Positions 59,228 through 64,000 of a stretch of DNA of 64,000 nucleotides are shown here, one piece after another; positions within the stretch are counted from its first letter, which is position 1; each line of letters starts with the position of its first letter. Both the position numbers and the translations under genes were made by a program. Under the pieces are notes generated by a model. The model saw only the letters and a list, made by a program, of their open reading frames with translations, was not told the DNA's origin and made no database searches. Source of the DNA: Bacillota bacterium (lineage in GTDB: Bacteria; Bacillota; Clostridia; Ch29); NCBI GenBank assembly GCA_040766775.1, contig JAXGPT010000008.1, positions 1,689 to 65,688 on the forward strand, read 5' to 3'.

Positions 59228-60121
59228 ATGACCAAGAGCCCTGGAATAATAAATTCAATAAAACCAAGAATCAGGGAAATAAGGCTGTCCTTATACCTGC
59301 TGAGTAGAAACAGACTGACCCGGCTGTCGCTGGGCGTGGTTATTCTGCTTGTTCTTACCGCGCTGGTGGCGCCATTAATAGTTCCCTACCCGGAACATAT
59401 AGAAACCGACACCAACCCGGTGGACAAGCTGCTGCCTCCATCCGGCAAGTACTTTTTCGGGACCGATGAACTGGGGAGGGATATATTCAGCCGCGTTATT
59501 TACGGCACAAGAATCTCGCTGCAGACAGCCCTAATAGCGGTAGGGCTTGCCCTATTAATTGGAATACCGCTGGGGGCGATTGCGGGGGCTACCGGGGGAA
59601 TGGTGGATGAGGTAATCATGAGGATTACGGATATATTCCTGAGCTTCCCGCCGCTGCTGCTGGCCATAGCGATAGCTGCATTTCTTGGCCCAAGTCTTGA
59701 AAATGCAATGCTAGCCATTGCCGTATCCTGGTGGCCGTGGTATACGAGGCTCATTAGAGGTCAGGCGGTGTCCATCAGGGAAAGGCAGTTTGTAAAAGCG
59801 GCAAAGGCAATAGGAACCCCGCCGGTGAGAATTATTTTCGGGCATATTGTACCCAACTGCATAGCGCCGGTAATAGTCCAGGCATCCATGGATATTGGCG
59901 GAGTGATACTCACTATAGCTTCCCTCAGCTTCCTTGGCCTGGGTGCGCAGCCTCCCACTCCCGAGTGGGGACTTATGGTGAGCACCAGCAGGAATTATTT
60001 CCTGAATGCATGGTGGTACAGCATTTTCCCGGGCCTTGCAATATTTGTCACGGTATTGGTCTTTAACCTATTGGGAGACGGTTTAAGGGAAATACTGGAC
60101 CCCAAGACCAGAAAGATTTAA
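59228..60121 (+). CDS. ABC transporter permease (DppC/OppC-like)
   Basis: FGTDELGRDIFSRVIYG and FVKAAKAIG blocks. ATG behind GGGAGG. Confidence 0.88.
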   Translation: MTKSPGIINSIKPRIREIRLSLYLLSRNRLTRLSLGVVILLVLTALVAPLIVPYPEHIETDTNPVDKLLPPSGKYFFGTDELGRDIFSRVIYGTRISLQTALIAVGLALLIGIPLGAIAGATGGMVDEVIMRITDIFLSFPPLLLAIAIAAFLGPSLENAMLAIAVSWWPWYTRLIRGQAVSIRERQFVKAAKAIGTPPVRIIFGHIVPNCIAPVIVQASMDIGGVILTIASLSFLGLGAQPPTPEWGLMVSTSRNYFLNAWWYSIFPGLAIFVTVLVFNLLGDGLREILDPKTRKI

Positions 60122-60133
60122 GGGGTGGATAAC

Positions 60134-61135
60134 ATGGGTGAGTATTTTAAGATAAAGGACCTGAGGGTGGGTTTTAAAACTTTTGAGGGACAAAAAAATG
60201 TACTGGATATAGATACGATGGTGCTGAATAAGGGAGAAACCTTTGGTATAGTAGGCGAAAGCGGTGCAGGGAAAACGGTGCTTGCCCTTACCATTTTGCG
60301 TCTTTTGTCGTCCCCCCCGGCGGTCATAGAAAGTGGCAGCATACTATTTAATGGAGAAGACTTGCTGCAAAAGTCCGAATCGGAAATGCGAAAGATACGG
60401 GGCAGGCATATTTCGATGATATTCCAGGACCCCATGTCCACCCTTAACCCGGTCTTTACAGTGGGAGAGCAGATAGTAAGGGTTTTCAGGAACAACAAGA
60501 GGATTTCCAGGAAAGAAGCGGAAAAGGAAGCCCTTGGAATGATTGAAATGGTAAAACTGCCGGATGCCAAAAACATTATGGGTAAATACCCCCACGAGCT
60601 CAGCGGCGGACAGAGGCAGAGGATAGTAATAGCCATTGCACTGTCCTGCGGAGCCGAGTTTTTAATAGCCGACGAGCCCACCCGGAACCTTGACGTTACA
60701 ATCCAGGCCGGAATACTGAAGCTTATAGCGGAACTCCAGAGAGAACTGGGGGTTACGGTACTGTTTATTGCAAACAACCTGGGGCTTGTTTCGGCCATAT
60801 GCAAAAGGGTTGCCATACTGAACGCGGGTCGGATAGTGGAAACTGGCAGTGTAAGGGAAGTGCTGAAGGACTCCAGGCACCCGTACACCCTTACCCTATT
60901 AAACGCCATACCGAGGGACAAGGGAGAAAGGGTGAACCCGGTAAATACCATTGTAAAAGAAGAAAGAGACAGGGGCCTAAGGGGATGCAGGTATTATTCC
61001 CGGTGCATGGAAAAACGGGAAATATGCCGTGACAGCGAGCCTATCCCCGGATTGATTAAGGGAACGCATTGGGTGGCCTGTCACAGGGCTTTCGAAGGAG
61101 GTGAACCGGGTGGCGGACAGCATACTGAAGGTTAA
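60134..61135 (+). CDS. ABC transporter ATP-binding protein (DppD/OppD-like)
   Basis: Walker A GESGAGKT, signature LSGGQRQR, Walker B FLIADEPT, C-terminal oligopeptide-type extension. Confidence 0.9.
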   Translation: MGEYFKIKDLRVGFKTFEGQKNVLDIDTMVLNKGETFGIVGESGAGKTVLALTILRLLSSPPAVIESGSILFNGEDLLQKSESEMRKIRGRHISMIFQDPMSTLNPVFTVGEQIVRVFRNNKRISRKEAEKEALGMIEMVKLPDAKNIMGKYPHELSGGQRQRIVIAIALSCGAEFLIADEPTRNLDVTIQAGILKLIAELQRELGVTVLFIANNLGLVSAICKRVAILNAGRIVETGSVREVLKDSRHPYTLTLLNAIPRDKGERVNPVNTIVKEERDRGLRGCRYYSRCMEKREICRDSEPIPGLIKGTHWVACHRAFEGGEPGGGQHTEG

Positions 61136-62092
61136 GGATTTGAAAAAATACTTTCCCGTCCGTGGCGGTTTCTTTTCAAAGCCGGTTGCATGGGTAAAGG
61201 CGGTGGACGGGGTTACCTTTGAGATGGAACAGGGAGAAGTACTCGGGCTGGTAGGAGAGTCAGGATGCGGAAAAACTACCCTGGTAAACGTTTTGCTAAA
61301 TCTCGAAGAACCAACCTCCGGAGAGGTGTATTTCGACGGCCTGGACTTGTTTGATATGGACAAGAAAAGCTTAAGAAAAATAAGAAAAAACCTGCAGATA
61401 GTATTCCAAGACCCCTTCTGGTCTCTGAACCCCAGGCTGCTGGTAAGGGACATTGTGGGAGAACCCATAAAGGTCCATGCAAACTGCAGCAGAGAGCAGC
61501 TGGTAAAAAAAGTGGGCGACCTGCTGGAAATGGTTGGCCTTCCACGGACCGGCGTGTTTAAATACCCACACGAGTTCAGCGGAGGTGAAAGGCAGCGCAT
61601 AGCCATAGCCCGGGCTTTGGCCCTTAGCCCCAAGTTGGTGGTGCTGGACGAGCCCACATCTTCTATAGATGTTCTATCACAGGCGCAGATACTTGAGCTT
61701 TTGAAGAACCTTAAACAAAGCCTAGGACTGACTTATATACTGATATCCCACGACCTTAGCGTTGTGAACCATATGGCGGACAGGATAGCTGTAATGTACC
61801 TGGGCAAGATGGTGGAATACGGTCCTGCCGATGACGTTTTCGACCGGACCGCCCATCCTTACACAAAGGCCCTTTTTGCCGCCATACCAACACTGGACAC
61901 CGAGGGGATCGATTCAATAGCGACCATAGAGGGCAGTGTGCCCAATAAACCCTTCCGGGTGCAGGTTCCATACACGATGTCCCATGGCAAAGGAAATATG
62001 CAAGGAAAGGGAACCGGTTATGGTTGACCTGGGCGGGAGTCACAAGGGCTGCATGCCATTTCATCGGAAAAGATGCCAAGAGTGCATGTTAA
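61110..62092 (+). CDS. ABC transporter ATP-binding protein (DppF/OppF-like); two frame disruptions near 61945 and 62050 as read
   Basis: GESGCGKTT, FSGGERQRIAIARAL, VVLDEPTSSIDV. The expected tail INPPSGCRFHTRCPMAKEIC is in the frame of ORF 61936-62148. Confidence 0.88.
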
Positions 62093-62243
62093 TACATAGC
62101 CTGAATTACCGGCATGCGAGGGATGCGTTTGAAGTCTGCGCCTTTTAACACCTGGCAAGAAGAAGGGGGCTGTAAAGGGTCTTTGGATTGGATGCTTATT
62201 ATATACCAATGGAAGGCTGAATAAAGTGAAGGAGGGTCTTTTG

Positions 62244-63290
62244 ATGGCAAGGCTGTACGAGTATGAACTGGGGAAGGCGTCCGACATACTCATGAGGGAT
62301 ATGTTCGCGGTAAAACCGGGGGAGACGGTTGTTATAACCGCTGATACGGAATCGGATGAGAGGGTTGTAAACGCTGCGGCAAGAAGCGCCTTTGCTTTCC
62401 GGGGCGAAGCCGATGGTAATTTGGCTGCCGGCTGCACAAGGGGTAGGCAAGGCGGCGGACCCCATGCTGCCGGTGGACGCGCTGGCGGGGGCCTTATGCC
62501 AAGCGGATGCCTGGGTGGAGTTTAACAACAAGTGGCTGTTGTATTCAACCCCCCTTTGAGATTGCTATGAAGGAAAATGATAGGTTGAGATATCTGTGCC
62601 TTGTGGGTATGGATGCGGATTTAATGATAAGGACTACATAGGAAGGGTGGACAAGAAGAAGGCTGGCTGAATTTTGCACAGGGTTGCGGATATGACCGGC
62701 AGCGCAAGGACCATGAAGATAACCCCTGCCGGGTGTGACCTTGAGTTTGAGCTGGAGCCAAAGCACAAGGATTAAGCTGAAACAGCGGCAGTGCCGGCGG
62801 CACTGGCATGCATGCTGGCCGGACAGATTTGCTTTATCCCAAAGTTGAAAAGTATAAACGGCACGCTGGTGTTTGACGGGGCTCTTATGCCTCCCTGCGG
62901 GCTGCTTAAAGAGCCGGTGGTATTGAAAGTGGAAAAGGGAAGGGTGACCCATATTAACGGCGGCAGCCAGGCACAGAAGTTCAAGGCATGGCTGGAAAGT
63001 TTTGGCGGCCCCCAACATGTTTAGGCTAGCCCACGGCTGTTATGGGGTTTTAACCCCCGGGCAAAGCTTACCGGAAATATACTGGAAGACGAGCGCGTTT
63101 GGGGCTGCACCGAGTGGGGTCTTGGGTATTTAAGTCCCATAGACGCGCCGCCCGAGAAGGCATAGATGCCAGTCATACCGACAGGATATGCCTTAACTCA
63201 AGCGTATGGCTGGACAGTGAAATGATAATGGACAAGGGAAAGGTGGTTCACCGCGAGCTTAAGGCAGTGGCAAATGAGATACTTAAATAG
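62244..63290 (+). pseudogene. Aminopeptidase T (M29)-like / NicX-like superfamily protein, many frame disruptions as read
   Basis: MARLYEYELGKASDILMRDMFAVKPGETVVITADTESD..VVNA starts the gene. Later pieces in other frames: DAWVEFNNKWLLYSTP, MLAGQICFIPKLKSINGTLVFDGAL, VVLKVEKGRVTHINGG, ERVWGCTEWGLG. The family call is by resemblance. Confidence 0.55.
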
Positions 63291-63326
63291 CGGAATATCA
63301 TAAAGCCGGGAGGGGAGCATAAGACT

Positions 63327-64000
63327 GTGAAGAAAGCCTAAGCAGACGGGACCGCCACGATATACTTGTGGGGTGTACCATGCTGGGTACCGGGGGCGGG
63401 GGAAGCCTCGAAAAAGGGCTGGGTCTGATAGACAAAGCCATCCAGGCCGGTAAGGAGTTTGTGCTGGCAGGACTTGACGAAGTGCCGGACCATGCAATGG
63501 TGGGAGTGCCGTACATGTGCGGTGCCGTGTCGCCGGAGACAGAGGAGCAGGAAATGAAGTACCGGGGCTTGCCAGGGGTGGTGAAGAACCGGCCCTGAAA
63601 GCCCTGGAGGAAATGGAGGTCTACCTGGGTGAGAAAGTTTTGCAGGGGTAATATCCTGGGAACTGGGCCAGGCAACACGGCAGTAGCCTTTTATGCAGCG
63701 GCGATGCTGGGAAAAAAATTATAGACGCCGACCCTGCCGGAAGGTCGGTGCGGAACTCCAGCATTCCACCTTTTATATAAACCAACTGCCTATATATCCC
63801 GTTGCGGTGGCCAACGATTTTGGAGATGTTGTCCTTGTTAAGGAAGTGGTAAATGACGAAAGGGGCGGAAGCCCTTGTGCGAGCCATGGCGGTGGTCAGC
63901 GACAACTCGGTTGGCGTTGTGGACCATCCGGCGGATGGGGGATATCAAAAATGCCGTTATCCCCGGGGCTATATCCTATGCGCTGGAGATAGGTAGGGTC
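63327..64000 (+). pseudogene. DUF917 family protein, frameshifted as read, continues beyond the window
   Basis: GCTMLGTGGGGSLEKG, EPALKALEEME.YLGEKV, IIDADPAGRSV.ELQHSTF, PVAVANDFGDVVLVKEVVNDE, VVSDNSVGVVDHP, spread over three frames. Confidence 0.6.

Overview
This 64-kb window looks like chromosome from an endospore-forming Firmicute, probably class Clostridia. The evidence is cotE, two cotS-family genes, a 7x LysM protein, a T-box leader and Gram-positive style RBSs. It is mostly housekeeping and accessory metabolism.

Main content, in order:
- 3' part of leuS, then a YheO-like regulator with RidA, a D-Ala-D-Ala carboxypeptidase and comEA.
- A complete selenocysteine locus: Sec-containing selD, an AGCS symporter, selA, selB and tRNA-Sec.
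- An IS110-family element and a small 3-gene island directly downstream of tRNA-Sec.
- A MASE3/PP2C phosphatase, an S8 protease with three small motif-sharing proteins, and an FtsH paralog.
- An FMN glutamate-synthase-family protein, an ECF sigma/anti-sigma module, and a macro-domain plus SIR2 pair.
- A T-box (specifier read as UAC, Tyr) in front of a TAXI-TRAP transporter.
- yyaL, a RocB-like M20 peptidase, and a spore-coat/sugar cluster (ugd, cotE, epimerase, amphi-Trp, cotS x2, GT4).
- An AT-richer patch of small genes and gene fragments.
- A PucR / peptide-type ABC / M29-like / DUF917 cluster.

No rRNA, CRISPR array or recognisable defence system was seen.

Two things are not explained by ordinary annotation:
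1. A family of short hairpins shares the conserved core GGGACGGTTCT. Five units lie in a tandem array at 50777-51020, and single copies lie in three other intergenic regions.
2. Reading-frame disruptions are strongly clustered. Many are plausible single-base or homopolymer indels. They break leuS, comEA, selD, selA, selB, the IS110 transposase, a lipoprotein gene, yyaL and the last two genes of the window, while long neighbouring genes are intact. I cannot tell assembly error from real gene decay using sequence alone.

All coordinates of frameshifted genes are approximate.
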